A DNA stretch of 64,000 nucleotides from the human T2T-CHM13v2.0 reference genome, Homo sapiens. This document shows positions 28,811-45,776 of this stretch, piece after piece. The notes under the pieces are model-generated. The model was not told where the DNA came from and did no database searches. It saw nothing but the letters and a program-made list of their open reading frames with translations. Where the stretch lies: NCBI RefSeq assembly GCF_009914755.1, contig NC_060928.1; one strand, written 5' to 3'. Both the position numbers and the translations under genes were made by a program. The number at the start of each line of letters is the position of its first letter. The first letter of the stretch is position 1.

Positions 28811-29015
28811 CAGTAGCCATAGGATTCTGCTTAATGTATTCCCTGCGTATACTGATATTTTTCAGTAAACATTGTCGTGCGTGTGCTCTTCTCTCCTTCA
28901 CAGGATCTTTGGCACACAAGGCAAAGATCGCCATATACTCCAATGGGAGCAGTAACTTCACAAGTGCCTTATGCAGCTTCTGAGCAAATATCTGCCTTAC
29001 TTGGTAACACTCATC
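28811..29015 (-). CDS. PDS5A: PDS5A coding exon (probable exon 25): [68 protein letters not shown](E)
   Basis: Acceptor ctgctgtag|GAT, donor CTG|gtaagt. 205 nt. Confidence 0.98.
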
Positions 29016-29277
29016 CTACAGCAGCACAGAAAAACTTAAATTGGCAACCATTTATTAAATAAAAAACAGCAGTTTAAGTATTTTTAGTGTCTTCAATTAA
29101 AAAGAAGATAATTATATGGGAGAATAAATAATGTAATAATTGGAAGACAGTTAAACAGGTAATAATAGTAGTGACTTTTGTGCATATATTCACATTATAA
29201 ATGGATTTGTATCCATAGAAAAGTAATGTATTCAACTTTGAAGATAAGTAATTGACAAAAATAAGATTGTTACTTAC

Positions 29278-29401
29278 ATTAATAACAAGTGCACAGAGCT
29301 GAAACTGTTCTGGGGTAATAATTTCATGGTAACAAGGTTCCTGAGCAAGCTTCATTATGGCACTACCAGCAGCTAATCGCAAGCGAGACATATCAGATTT
29401 A
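29278..29401 (-). CDS. PDS5A: PDS5A coding exon (probable exon 24): (S)[41 protein letters not shown]
   Basis: Acceptor tttgtttatag|T, donor AAT|gtaagt. 124 nt. Seen within ORF 29074..29430. Confidence 0.98.
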
Positions 29402-29790
29402 CTATAAACAAACAAAAAAGAAATAAACATTTCCTATAACCACTATCATTCATAAAAATGCTTTCGTCCCTTTTTGAATGTAAGGTCCTTAGAGCATAAT
29501 TTATGTTTAAAATGACGTACAAATATGGGAAAGCTACTTTGAGTCCATGAACTTAACACAGGGGATTGTGACTTTCACAATCAAATCAAATCATTGTGAC
29601 TTTCTGATTACAAATTTACCTGCCTTCATTTCTAGTCAAACTCTAGCTTAGATACTTCACCACAACCCAAAAACTCTGCTTATTCTTGCAACCATAGTAA
29701 TTGCAAGGCTAGGAAAAACTCTTTACATCAGGAGCTGTATCCCTCATTTTAAGAGAAATACATATTGATTGTAGAAAACTTGATTAAAGT

Positions 29791-30112
<322 letters not shown>

Positions 30113-31927
30113 TTAAAAAAACCACAAAGAATTAAAAAAAAAATCACCTATCATCATTTAAAATCTATTTCCTGCATATAAACATGTAACAGGAATCTAG
30201 TTTAATGCCTGCTGAAATGGCAGGGCTGCAGTTAAGAGTGAAGAAGTATCAGACAAATACCTAAAGGATATGAAATATAAGAGGCCAGTGTCTGTCTTAG
30301 GTACTAGTTCCTGGGGCTGATCTCCTTTTGCAGAGTAAAGTTTTCAAATGGAACCTATGAAGCCTTGGCACTCCCACCCCGACACTGTGGATTTTTATTA
30401 CTTACGTGGTAAAATGTGGTAATGAATGGGATGGCATGGGAGTCTTTCTACTTCGACTTCTATGTGGAACATAGCATGGCTTTTGTATTTATTGTGACCA
30501 CTTTACGAAATGCAGAAAGCTAGCCGGAACCCACTGGGACTGTTGCTAAGCATAGAGAGAAGAAAACCTGGCACTCTTGGACAACAGGATTGTTAAAATG
30601 AGCACTGGTAACAATGAGGGAGCCTCAAATGGTTTCTATGGCATTCATTCAGGAATCAAAGTTAATAGCTATTATGTGAGTGCTTACTCCGTGCCAGGCA
30701 GGTGTGAAAAACACTTTATAGGCTTTATCTCAATTAATTTTCACTCCATAAGATGAGGAAATTGAGGCTTACAAAAGGTAATACTATATTATATGATATC
30801 CAGTTAGGATCTGTCCAATGGGTGTTCATTCTATGGTTAACCATTCCCCTATTTTTTGTGATGGAAAATAATGCTGGAGGAACATGCTTGTGTATAAGCT
30901 TTCATATGATTCTTTTATACTCATGAATTATGAGTGTAAAAATAAAGAGTCAAGGATAACATTTTTGAGGATCTAGATGCAAAATGCCAAAGAGTCCTGC
31001 TAATTTATACTCATAGGAGTAATGAAGGAACCCATTTCCATGATCATACTGAGGAATGATTGCTTATAACGTTTTTTTTTCTTTCTGATTTGTAATGAAA
31101 AGAGGTATTGATTAAGTTTAAATTGTATTGACTGCATTTAGTGATGTTAAACTTTTAAAAGTAAACTGATAATAGCTAAACTTCATCTCCACTGGGGGTC
31201 CTGCCTAGGTATCACTGACTTGTAAGAGCTCATTATTATGCCTTTGCCATGTACTGTACATAATTACCCCCAATTTAAAGCTTTCATTATCCCTAACTCA
31301 GCTCTAAACAGTGTTATAAAAGGCTGCCTTTGGCTTATTCTATGATAAAAATAGAGCGTAGTGGTGCACACCTATAGTCCCACTACTCAGGAGGCTGAGG
31401 CAGGAGGATTGCTTGAGCCCAGCTAGCCTGGGCAACATAGTGAGATCCCATTCCTAATCACAATAATTTTTAAAAAAATTAATAGCATAGCAGTACCACA
31501 TAACTAGCCAAAGCTGGAGTACAATGGCGTGATCTTGGCACACTGCAACCTCCACCTCCTGGGTTCAAGTGATTTTCATGCCTTAGCCTCCCCAGTAGCT
31601 GGGATTATAGGCACGTACCACCACACCTGGCTAAATTTCTATATTTTTAGTAGAGACAGGGTTTCAACATGACCTCAATTGATCTGCCTGACTTGGCCTA
31701 CCAAAGTGCTGGGATTACAGGCGTAAGCCACTGCACTCAGCCTCATAAAGAATGATTAAACCTCTGTCCTCTAAAACAAATTTTTAAAAAGGAATGCATC
31801 ATATGTAGAATACTTTAGTTATCTATGTTGGTAATCTTGGCCCCTACTAAATCAAGAATTTGACAGAAACCAGGATCATGAAAAACTGAGCTTCTATTTT
31901 CATCTTAAAATGAGATGGCAATTTTAG

Positions 31928-32239
<312 letters not shown>

Positions 32240-32802
32240 TAGTAGAGACGGGGTTTCACCATATTGGCCAGGCTGGTCTTGAACTCCTGACCTCGTGATC
32301 TGCCCGTCTCGGCCTCCCAAAATGCTGGGATTATAGGCATAGGCCACCGCGCCTGGCTGCCACTTAAATTTTTATTACTTTCATGGGACTCAAGTCACTC
32401 CACTTATTTAATCGCTTTAATACAGGGATGCTCTTTGAAGGCAGGGACTTTTCCTACTTATTTTTGCTGCAATGCTTTTCACAGTGTTTTATGAAGTAGA
32501 AGTTTAACAAATACTTGTTTAATTGAACCAAATGTTGATGCTAACTGTAATAGTACAATATAGTGATTATGATTATGTATTTACTGGAAAAAGTTCCTCT
32601 TCTTTAGGAATGAAGAAAAATATATTGGCACTATTAAAATAACAATACTGACAGACAGACAAACCCTAAATGAGTACATAAGATCTGACCCTGAAGATCA
32701 TGGTGTAATTACACCATTCAGTATTCATTAGGTAAATAATTCCTATGTAAATTCCACCAAAATTTCAGCACTAAGAAAACTGGAAAGAAAGAAAAATCTC
32801 AC

Positions 32803-32939
32803 CTGATCCTCTTTTGCTCTGTCAGGTCACCCTCACTAACCAACATCGCTGATAATAACCGAAGGGTTGAATTGGCAGATTTAGACTGGTTGTTTTTCAT
32901 ACCCAACAGCCACCTTACCAGAAGTTTAATTGCCTGTAC
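32803..32939 (-). CDS. PDS5A: PDS5A coding exon (probable exon 23): [45 protein letters not shown](S)
   Basis: Acceptor ttttatag|GTA, donor CAG|gtgaga. 137 nt. Confidence 0.98.
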
Positions 32940-33492
32940 CTATAAAATATTAACATGCTAAAAAAAGAAAGCAACTTAAAATTCCAATTAAAGGGAAAAT
33001 TAATTTAATTAGATTAATGAGATTACTCATCTCCATCAGCAGACATTTTATTAAATAAGTCTATGGGATAATAACAGCAACAATACGAACTAATATTTAC
33101 TCTGTGCTTAACCAGTGCCAGGCACTTTTCTTAGATCTGTAAATGTATTAACTTATTTAATCTCCCAAAAAATTCTTATGAGGAAGATTTTTTTTTTTCC
33201 AACAGATAAGGCAATTGAGACACATTATTATCATAGATAACTTGCTTAAAAGTCTGGTTCCAGAATTTAGGCTTCTCATACTTAGATGTTTGTGCAAGAT
33301 TTTGAAACTATTTGAAAACATATACTTTAAAAACAACAATTTAAACTATACAGGCCGGGGGTGGTGACTCACGCCTGTAATCCCAGCACTTTGGGAGGCC
33401 AAGGCAGGTGGATCACTTGAGGTCAGGCGTTTGAGACCAGCCTAGCCAACATGGTGAAACCGTGTCTATACTAAAAAACCCCGTCTCTACTA

Positions 33493-33759
<267 letters not shown>

Positions 33760-33911
33760 TCAGTTTTGTGGTATTGAAAAACTACTTTGAAGAAACCATC
33801 AAGTCTGATTCAGTCTCATTTAACATTGTGACCAAAAAAATGGGATTTTGTGTAATTATTGGTAGTCATAATTACTTAGAAATGTCTAGTCAAAAGATTG
33901 TTACCAATATA

Positions 33912-34849
<938 letters not shown>

Positions 34850-35332
34850 TTGACAATTACCTATCTTTGCCAAGTTAATATTCATATGCTTGTAGATAGT
34901 GGTGATGAGGCTGGATTTAAGATGCCTCTGAGCACCGTCATTCTATAAACAGTCTCTCTATAAAACAGCCTCATTAAGATTGCTTTAGCAGGCAGAAGAC
35001 ACTGACATGTAATAAACAATGACAACCACAATGTCTTCAATAAACCATTTTTTGCAATGGATTTTAAAATAAAGTACCTCCTTAACAAATGCTTATTAAC
35101 TATTAGGTTTAATTAAAAAAGGCTCCCAGCTAGGCACGATGGCTTAAGCTCATAATCCCAGCACTTTGGGAGGCTGAAGTGGGAGGATCAGCTGAGCCCA
35201 GGAGTTCAAGACCAAACTGAGCAACACAGCAAGATCCCATCTCTGTTTATTAAATTTTTTAAAGGTGAGGAAGATAACTACAAAATGTCCCTTTTTTAAA
35301 CATGAAGATTATCAAGGCCTAAACAAATTTAC

Positions 35333-35401
35333 CTTTGCTAGTACTTCAGGGGAAACCTCTTCATCTGGAGACCACAGTTTTCCATTCTTTTCACCTGTTG
35401 A
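35333..35401 (-). CDS. PDS5A: PDS5A coding exon (probable exon 22): STGEKNGKLWSPDEEVSPEVLAK
   Basis: Acceptor tgtctatag|TCA, donor AAG|gtaaat. 69 nt. Confidence 0.97.
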
Positions 35402-35524
35402 CTATAGACAATTGAATAAATTTAGCTATTAGCATGAAAAAAAAAATTTATGTTTTTGCTGATTAAGTTTTTCATGTTGATCAACACAGCCTCTGAGAAA
35501 CCTACGGGAACATCACCAACCAGA

Positions 35525-37240
35525 GCTTGGAAAAGGACAAAGTTAGAAGACTCATACTTCCCAATTTTGAAACTTACTATAAAACCTACAGTAATCAAGA
35601 CAGTGTGGCTGGTACTGGCAAGGATAGACATATAGACTAATGGAATAGAGAACTCAGAAAACCCTTGCATATATGGTAATTCATTTTTGACAAAGGATGC
35701 CAAGACCATCTTTAGTGAAAGAACAGTCTCTTCAACAAATGGTGCTAGAAAAACTGGATATTCAGCCGGGTGCAGAGGGTCAAGCCTGTAATCCCAGCAC
35801 TATGGGGGGATGAGGCAGGTGGATCACTTGAGGTCAGGAGTTTGAGACCAGCCTGGCTAACATGGCAAAACCCTGCCTCTTCTAAAAACACAAAAAAATT
35901 AGTTGGGCATGGTGGTGCATGCCTGTAGTCTCAGCTACTCGGGAGGCTGAGGCTGGAGAACTGCTTGAACCTAGGAGGCAGAGGTTGCAGTGAGCTGACA
36001 TTGCGCCACCTCACTCCAGGCTGGGCTACAGAGTGAGACTCCATCTCAAAAACACAAAAGCAAAACAAAAAAACTCCTGGATATCCACAAGAAGCAAACA
36101 CACAAACAAAAAAAGAAACTAGATTGTTAATACATATAAGAATTAACTCAGAATTAATCAAATATCTCAATTTAATAGCTAAAACCATAAAACTCTGAAA
36201 AGATGACATAGGAAGAAATCTTCATGATCTTGGATCTGGTAAATAGCTGACAAAGGTTTAATATACAGAAAATGTAAATAACTCTTAAAACTCAACAAGA
36301 AGCAACCCAACTAAAAGTGGGTGAAGGCAGCATGGGCAACATGGCGAAACCCTGTCTGTATAAAAAAATACAAAAATTAGCCAGGCATGGTGGCGTGTGC
36401 TGATAGTCCCAGCTACTCAGGAGGCTGAGGCAGGAGATATTGCTTGAGCCTGGGAAGCGGAGGTTGTGATGAGCCAAGGTTGCGCTAGTGCACCCCAGCC
36501 TGGGTGACAGAGTGAGACCATGTCTCAAAATAAAATAAAATAAAATAAAATAAGAGTGGGGTGGGGGAAGGAATTTAATACACAGCTCTCCAAAGAAGAT
36601 ATACAGGTAGTCAATAAGCACACAAAAAATATCCTTGACATCATCATTCATCAGGAAAATGCAAATCAAAACCACAATGAGATATCACTTCTTATCCACT
36701 AGTATGGCTGTTGCTTTTTTAAAAAGGAAAATGACATGTAACCCAACAATGTTATTCCTAGATATATACCCAAGAAATGGGAGAACAGGAACATAAATGT
36801 TTATATCAGCATTATTCACAACAGCCAACACGTAGAAGCAACCCAAGTGTCCACCAATCAACAAAAAAATGTGGGATATATACAAACAAAAATATACATA
36901 TAAAAGAACACTGCTTAGCCACAAAAGGAACAACATTCTGATACATACTACAACATGGAAGAGCCCTGAGAACATGCTAAGTGAAATACAACAGACACAA
37001 AAGGACAAATATCATATAAGAGATACCTAGAATAGGTAGTCATAGAGTCAGAAGGTAGAACAGAGGGCAATGGAGAGTTGTTGCTTAATGGGTACAGAGT
37101 TTCTGTATGGGGTGATAAAAAATTCTGGAGATGGATGGGGTGGTGATGATTAGGTAACAATGTGGCTATTATGTTAGTGAATTTTAACACTTAAAAATAG
37201 CAAATTTGATACTATGTATAGTTTATCACCATAAAAAAAG
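35525..37240 (+). mobile_element. L1MB fragment (late ORF2 and 3' UTR) with Alu insertions
   Basis: acagtaatcaagacagtgtgg, ttttgacaaaggatgccaagacc, gaaaatgcaaatcaaaaccacaatgagatatcac, and 3' UTR aatgggtacagagtttctgtatggggtgataaaaaattctggagatggat. Confidence 0.85.
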
Positions 37241-37621
37241 ACCGTCTGAAAACACAATCTATCAACAATCATCATTTAAGAGGTATCTTAAATTTCACAT
37301 TTGTTGAAAACCACATCTATCGAAAGTAAAAATAACAGCAAGGATATGTAAGGGTAGAAAATGAGACTTAGGCCACGTTCTTCTCTTCTTGTCTGCTGCG
37401 TTCAAAAGTGGAAGGTGGTACAAATACAGAAGGGGCACTAGCAGGTGTCTTTAAGTTCCTGATACTGAGGCCTCAAGATTACCGAAACATGTGAGAGTTA
37501 GGAACTTTGGATAAGCTGGATTTGTGGCAAACTAACACTTAAATGAAAGTCATCCACAATGATCCAGCATATCTGTGTCTTTATTCAATAACAACAGATT
37601 TAATTTAGATCCATTTGGTAA

Positions 37622-37847
<226 letters not shown>

Positions 37848-38128
37848 TAGGCTGGTCTTGAACTCCTGACCTCAGGTGATCCACCCACCTCGGCCCCTCA
37901 AAGTGCTAGGATTACAGGCGTGAGCCACCAAGCCCTGCCAGTAGTGACTCTTAATCAAGGTGTGTTTCCGAAATCATTTGGGGAGTCTTTTCAATCTATA
38001 CATTCCAACCCAGAGGTAATAAATCAGAGCACACAGACATCAATAAATCTAGTGCCAAAAGTACAGTGTATTATCTTAAAAATTAGTCAAATTCAAGTCC
38101 ACTTACTTTTTTTTTTTTTTTTTTTTGA

Positions 38129-38233
<105 letters not shown>

Positions 38234-38918
38234 TGAGTAGCTAGGATTACAGCTGCCGTCACCACACCCGGCTAATCCACTTACATTTCTAACAATGTTT
38301 GATAAAACAAATTTTAGCCCGGCATGGTGGCTCACACCTGTAATCCCAGCACTTGGAGAGGCCAAGGCGGACGGATCACCTGAGGTCAGGAGTTCAATAT
38401 AAGCCTGGCCAACATAGCGAAACCCCGTCTCTACTAAAAACACAAAAATTAGCCAGGCGTGGTGACAGGCACCTGTAATCCCAGCTACTTGGGAGGCTGA
38501 GGAATGAGAGGAGGCCAAGGTTGCAGTGAGCCGAGATCGTGCCACTGCATTCCAGCCTGAGGCACAGAGCGAGACTCTTGTCTTCAAAACAAAAAACAAA
38601 AATAACCCAATTCTAACATTCCAGAAAATGATAAACTGTCTTTTGAGGGTCAGGAAAATAGCTTTTACTTATATGTAACTTTCATGATTCACCAATCCCG
38701 TGTTCTAATTTTTGTTTCTTAAGTGTGAAATTCTAGTAGTAATAGCTACCATGAAATAAGGAAGTAGTTTCGAATTTAAATAAATAAAAAATAAGTAGAA
38801 CCAATATAGAATAATTTAAAAGAAAAAGAGAATTACACAGAAACAGAAGTGTTTCTGTGATGAAGATGTAAACAGCCTTAATCTCATGATTCTCAATTTA
38901 ATTAAATGAGAAACTTAC

Positions 38919-39077
38919 CCTGTCATTCATTAGCAGATCTTTCACAATAAAATTTGCTACTACAGATTTCATTGGGGAAGCAAACTGATCTGGTGCTAAC
39001 ATAGAAATGTGGCCCAATGAAACTAATGGAGTTATAAGTTGTTCTGGCACATCAGCATTCAGACTCCTACTGAGTGG
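38919..39077 (-). CDS. PDS5A: PDS5A coding exon (probable exon 21): [53 protein letters not shown]
   Basis: Acceptor tttttatag|CCA, donor AGG|gtaagt. 159 nt. Confidence 0.98.
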
Positions 39078-40221
39078 CTATAAAAATAAAACAGACAAAA
39101 TTACCAATTTGTTTGATAAATATCTAGACACTCTACTGAAACAGTACATTTTCCTGAGTCCTCCTGAATTTACCATGCCCAAACCAATCTTCTCTAATAC
39201 GATCATAACTAACTTCAACCATGTTAAGACACCTGGTTCTTAATTCACCTACTAAAATTTAGCAAGATTGAAAGAATGTAGAAAAAAGATAAAAGAAAAA
39301 ATAAAATCCAACAAAAAGAAGTTTAAAGAAAAACATTTTTGCTTCATCAAATCAGCATTATTTTTGACTAATCTACAACAATGGATTTGCTATACCAGTG
39401 GTTTTCTTACCCTGTGGAAGCATTTTAAATGACCTTAAATCATACAAAGTAAGAGTTCACTGGGTTTTGGTCACACTATCTCCAATTTATGATAATAGGA
39501 ATACATTTCTAATAGTAAAATGAGGCCAGTCATTATATGTAAAAAAAAGGGAAACAGGATTAATTTTCAGGTAGGGTTCTTAGGTACTTTAAACTGGATT
39601 GTTCAAAATTATCTACTAATACTTTCCGAGGATAAATGCACCACTGAACCAATAAGGCTAAAATTAAGTAAAATGTTCTAACATAAACACGTAAGGCTAG
39701 GTGTGGTGGCTCATGTGTGTAATCCTAGCACTTTGAAAGACTGAAGTGGGTGGATCGCTTCAGTCCAGGAGTTTGAGACCAGCCTGGGCAACATGGCAAA
39801 ACCCCATCTCTATAAAAAAATCCAAAAATTAGCTAGGCATGGTGGTGGTGCCTGTACTCTCAGCTACTTGGGAGGCTGAGGCAGAAGGACTGCTTGAACC
39901 TAGGAATTCGGGGCTGCAGTGAGCAGAGATTGCATCACTGTACTCCAGCACTGGTGAGAAAGTGAAACTTTATCTCAAAAACAAACTAAAAAACAAAAAC
40001 CACAAAACCCTTCAATATGAGGTGTTTGAACATATAATCTGATCTACAGGCCGGGAATGCAGTACCACATAAAATAGACAGAATCCTTGCTCACAAGGAA
40101 TTTATAGTCTAAGGTAGGACTTCATATAAACAGCTTTAAAAAATCTAGCTTCCATCTTCATCAAACTATAGAGCTTAAAAAATAAAGACCAATATAAACA
40201 CAACCTATATATTAGATATAC

Positions 40222-40345
40222 CTCAAAAATCTGTGCAAGCTGGACTTCTTTATTTGTGAATATGGCGTGTATACAGTGCACAGCCTGTTTTGCTTGGTGT
40301 GGAGTACCCCTCTTTGCTTTTTGATGTAAAATGGGAATTAAGGTC
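40222..40345 (-). CDS. PDS5A: PDS5A coding exon (probable exon 20): (S)[41 protein letters not shown]
   Basis: Acceptor ttttttgcag|G, donor GAG|gtatat. 124 nt. Confidence 0.98.
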
Positions 40346-42925
40346 CTGCAAAAAATAATATAGTTGTTTTTTTTTCTTAAACCCATAAACCAACAAGTAT
40401 TCCTTTGGTTGACTTCCACTTCCCCTATATGGATGGATGCTAGTAGAGAAGGCTCTCTTAAAAATTATCTGATCTAAAGAAAGTTGTAAAAAAGCTCCAT
40501 CTCTGCCCCCAAGTATAAACCAAGAAATACAATGCCTCAAGAAAAAGCCTACTTCAGGAGACAATTTTTATTTTAAAGTTACCTCACAAATATGCAAAAT
40601 AACAAGCAACCCTTAATTCATAATCTAAAGCTTACCCCATGACATATTTTTGCATTTACCTTCTAAGTAGCAATATTGCTAATTTTTCAATTCCCTTTTA
40701 TAATCCCCTTCAGTTATTTCAAAGTAGCTACAGAAAGAGAGTAGCAAAAGGCCAAGTTGTATTAAACAGCTGAAATAATACTAGTGAAAGAAAGTATGCA
40801 AAGATACAGCTACATATATATCAGTAGAATGGCAATAAAAATATCTAACTATTATGTGCCAGGCACCATTCTAGGTATTTCCGCATGGATTAATTCAACT
40901 AATGTTCACATCCACCCAAAGAAGACTATCATAGTCATTACACAGATGAGAAAATTAAAGCACAAAGATGTTATTTAAGCCTCCTAAGATGACGAAGCTA
41001 GGAAACTGGGAGTTGGGATTTGAAAATTAGCATTTCTTTCAAAATCCACATACTTAACCTCTACACTGACAATGAAGAGTAAACTAAAACAGTCTTCTTT
41101 TAGGATGACAGAAAAACATAAAGCATTCTTCAAAAATTAAATGTTGATGACATGAAAAAGCATTAGGTAGAATGAAGAAAATAGTGTGCATATATGAACT
41201 TATAAAAAATAGACAAACACATCTAGTAGATGAACATTCATAGAAAGTATATATATCAAATGTTAATGGTGACTATTTCGTTATATTTTTTCTAGTTTCA
41301 GTTTGCTACAATGAACATAAGTATTTTTATAATCAGAATAAAATTGATAAAACGAAACAAACATTTAAGGAAAGATATTTGTCATATATTTAATGTTATT
41401 AGAGAAGAGCCTATTTTATAAAGTTAGTGGCATCAAATGCAAGGGTGACAATGCCCTCTTATGATAATGGAAGGCTACATATGAAACCTATACTGCAGGC
41501 TCCAGGCCATGCACTTTAACCAAAAATGGGAACATATGCTAGTTGGTATGAATCTGATTTGACATGTATAAATATGCCTGAAGTTTGCCTCTATGGACTT
41601 TGGAATTATGAGATAGGGATGTCCATGACCAAACAGACTTCCTTGACTGAGTATTGACTATGCTTCTAAATGGAAGATGTCTTTCCTCTCTCCTATCTGT
41701 TTAGTCTTTCACCATTCCATTTACCAGACTGAGATTTCTTATAACACTGGTGAATGACAAAGGAAGATAGTTTCAATCAAACTGTTGTTAAATGTATTAT
41801 TATTATTAGCCAAATAAAATAATACAGAAAGTCAACTTTAACCTTTCTTCTTGTTTTTTCTAGAGCAGTATAATCTAGTGATGCCATCAGAGTTGTTATT
41901 GAGGTCTTTAGCATTGTGCTTTTCTGCTTTCCAGTGATTATCTCCTTTCTTCTCCATTGGTCTTATGAATAAGGTATTTTATTCCTCACATCCAAAGTTA
42001 ACTCTTCCACCTATGCTCATTTTCAACTGTGTCCTTTGGGGTAGAATTCCTCTAAGAATAGTTTCTTTGCCTTGAAAAAATGTATAGGATTTCCTCCCTT
42101 GAAAAACTCATCAAAAACTATCCTATTGTGTCAGTGATCTTTTTCTAATAATGTATAAAATTTATTATTTCTAGTCTATAAACTCCTTGAGGGCAGGGAC
42201 TAATTGTGGTAACTTTTTATTATTAGCCAGAACAATGCGGAGAATGAAGAGAATGTACAATGGACACTGAATTATTTCACAAGTTAAACTATTAGCTCAC
42301 AAATTTAATAAAAACTTCAGGAGACTGCTTGTTCTATGATTATCATGTGAGGAAAATGGTATGTAGTTGAATATACTCTGAACTAATTGCCAATACCCTG
42401 AACATATGATTCAACTGCCATTTGCAATGTATTGTTTCCTTCAAAAGATGTCTTCTGCATATTTTAAGTCTAAATATAACATCTCAGCACAAGTTTCACC
42501 TTAACCTTTTTAAGATGCCAAAGTGAACTATTTGCCCCATTTTTTGGTAGGATAGCAAAGTGACAGTTATTGAATTTATAACCCATTTATAGAAAAAAAG
42601 ATGAATATACATGGATTAGAAAGACATTAGTCATAAATATAATAAAACACTAAATTCTGTGATAACTTTTGATTCTTAATATCTTAAAATACTTTTGTTA
42701 TAAACAAACATGTAGTTTCAGTTTATTCTGCTGCCTGCATTCTAATGGTGGGAGAGGGGTGTGAAGCAAGGGAAAGACAAAGCAGAGGAGGACACAGAAA
42801 AGTAGCTTCTAAATCAAAGTTGTCTTTCTTCCCTCCTATCTTCCTACACAGAAGGAAAACAATGATTTTATGGTTCCCATACTTAGAAACTTTTGTATTT
42901 ACCACGGGAGAAAAAATGTACTCAC

Positions 42926-43086
42926 GATCGTATCTGGGGAAGGTCTGTTTCTATTTTGTGACCTGTATTTCTAAAAATTTGAATAGCAGCTTCTGCTACC
43001 TTGTCATCCTCCATTCTTAGGCACTGTAACAAGGACTCATATGTCTCTGCAGAGTGGAACGAGGTAGGATGTGTAAAAGACAGAAC
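42926..43086 (-). CDS. PDS5A: PDS5A coding exon (probable exon 19): [53 protein letters not shown](S)
   Basis: Acceptor ttttttcag|GTT, donor ATC|gtgagt. 161 nt. Confidence 0.98.
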
Positions 43087-44255
43087 CTGAAAAAACAGAT
43101 ACAGCTTTAGAAGTACAGACAATGGTTTTAATCCATTAAAAAAGAATTACTTCCCGCAAAAGAAAAAAAAAATTAAATTCTGGGGTAAATATGCTAGCTA
43201 CACAGAATAGAGATACATCTCCTAGCCGTCCTTGCAGTTAGTTATGGCTAATCAGACATTATCAGAAATACTGTATGGTGTGGTAGCTTCCAGTTATTCC
43301 TTGACACAACTAACAGACAGCCTTTGTCCTATTTTCTTCTTCACCTCTTAGTCTACTCTGCTACTTAGAACACAAAACACATGGCTCCTTTTTTATGGAA
43401 TGTGATTTACAATATTAATAACTATTATCAGTTTATAAATATATTGTATTTAGGTGAAGGAATGCTTACTTGAGATAAAACCTCCATACGTAATGACTCA
43501 ATCTTTGTGTAACGTAAACAAAATGCAAACTCAGAGCTTTCTTTGACTGGCAAAAAGATAATCTATGAGAATTTTTTTTTTTCTTTTTTTGAGACAGGAT
43601 TTCACTCTGTCACCTAGGCTAGAGTACAGTGGAATGTCACAGCTCACTGGGGTCTCAACCTCCCACCTCAGTCTCCTGAGCTGAGACTACAGGTGCACCA
43701 CCATGCCCGGCTAAATTTTTTGTTTTTTTTGTAGAGATGAGGTCTAGCTATGTTGCCCAGGCTGGTCTCCAACCCCTGTGCTCAAGAGATCTTCCTGTCT
43801 TGGCTGGGATTACAGGCGTAAACCATTGTACCCAGCCAAAAAAATATCTGAAGTGAAATCTATCACTCAACATAATTATCAACAAAGAAGCCACTATTGT
43901 GAACTTTTAATTATGATTACAATATATAATTATTCCCTTATTATAACACCAGCACGAACCTGTCCTTAAATAACTTTTAGCAAGTTAGATACATGTCTAA
44001 AGAGTTAACCTTCCATAAAGTAGAAACAATTCAGTTAGTGTAGTATCAAGATTAGGAAAATAGAGAAGCAGGGAGAAAGGGGAATGAGCAGATGGTCTTC
44101 ATTAATTTTTCAATAAGCACTTATTTAATGGTCATTAAGTGTAGACACTGTCTCACTTGGCAAGGTTTGGAGTGATAATATTTACTTACGTGGTTTTAAT
44201 TATTTACAGAAAATTGGAGAATTAAATTAGAAAAATGTAATAAAAAGCAATCTAC

Positions 44256-44984
<729 letters not shown>

Positions 44985-45670
44985 GAATGAAATGATATTT
45001 AAGACCCTTGGAATATGATCCCATCATTCTTTTTCTATCTAACATCCATTGCACTGGTTTGTCTCTTCTCCTGTATGTCACAGTGGTATCATGTCTCTTT
45101 GCCTTCAATTTCTTCCCTTCTTTTACTCAATCCAATGAAAGCTCTATCAAGGGCTGCAGCTGGTTGTAAGCCAGGTTAAAAGCCCGTGACACTACCTTTC
45201 TTACCCAGTGGCACTCGACAATCTGGAACCAACCTTGTCTCCCATCATTCCCCAAAGCACCCCTTTTTTCTAGTCATGCCAGTCTCCCAAGAATCCCACA
45301 AATATACCAAGAAATACTCCCTTTAATGATGATATTCCCTCCTCTAGATTTAGTCACATACCCTGTCCACAAAGTCTAAAGTCACATCTTGCTATTACTA
45401 AGTTAAGAATAGATTGTACAGTAATCACTACCAAGCATAGAAGGCATGGAAATGATAAACAGTGAAACAAATATTAATTTATAATGTAAAATAATTACAT
45501 TATTATATTATGTTGTAAAAACATTACTTTTACATCATCTAATTTCCAACACAAGTTTTAAATCTTTCAAATAGTTTCCTGTGAAATAAGCCTGACTCTT
45601 GCATATCCTGAAGGGAAGGCAAATTATGACCCCACGGAAATACATGGCAACAAAACTGTTTCAAAAATAC

Positions 45671-45776
45671 CTTAAGAAGTTCAAGTCCTGAACGGATAGC
45701 TGTATCTGGACTTACACCCTCCTCTTCATCATCTGCTGTCCCCTCTATTGACTTATTCATCAATTTCACTAGTGCA
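45671..45776 (-). CDS. PDS5A: PDS5A coding exon (probable exon 18): (S)[35 protein letters not shown]
   Basis: Acceptor ttctttttatag|T, donor AAG|gtattt. 106 nt. Confidence 0.98.

Noticed and set aside
31337-31455. Possible 7SL RNA pseudogene
   Set aside because: It lacks the 7SL S-domain and fits a FLAM/FAM Alu monomer.
37434-37450. CTCF-like motif gcactagcaggtgtct
   Set aside because: It mismatches core consensus positions and cannot be supported without ChIP data.
44183-44195. Strong minus-strand donor CAC|gtaagt, sharing tacttacgtggt with the site at 30399-30410
   Set aside because: There is no good acceptor close upstream, and a 12-bp match in AT-rich DNA of this length is compatible with chance.
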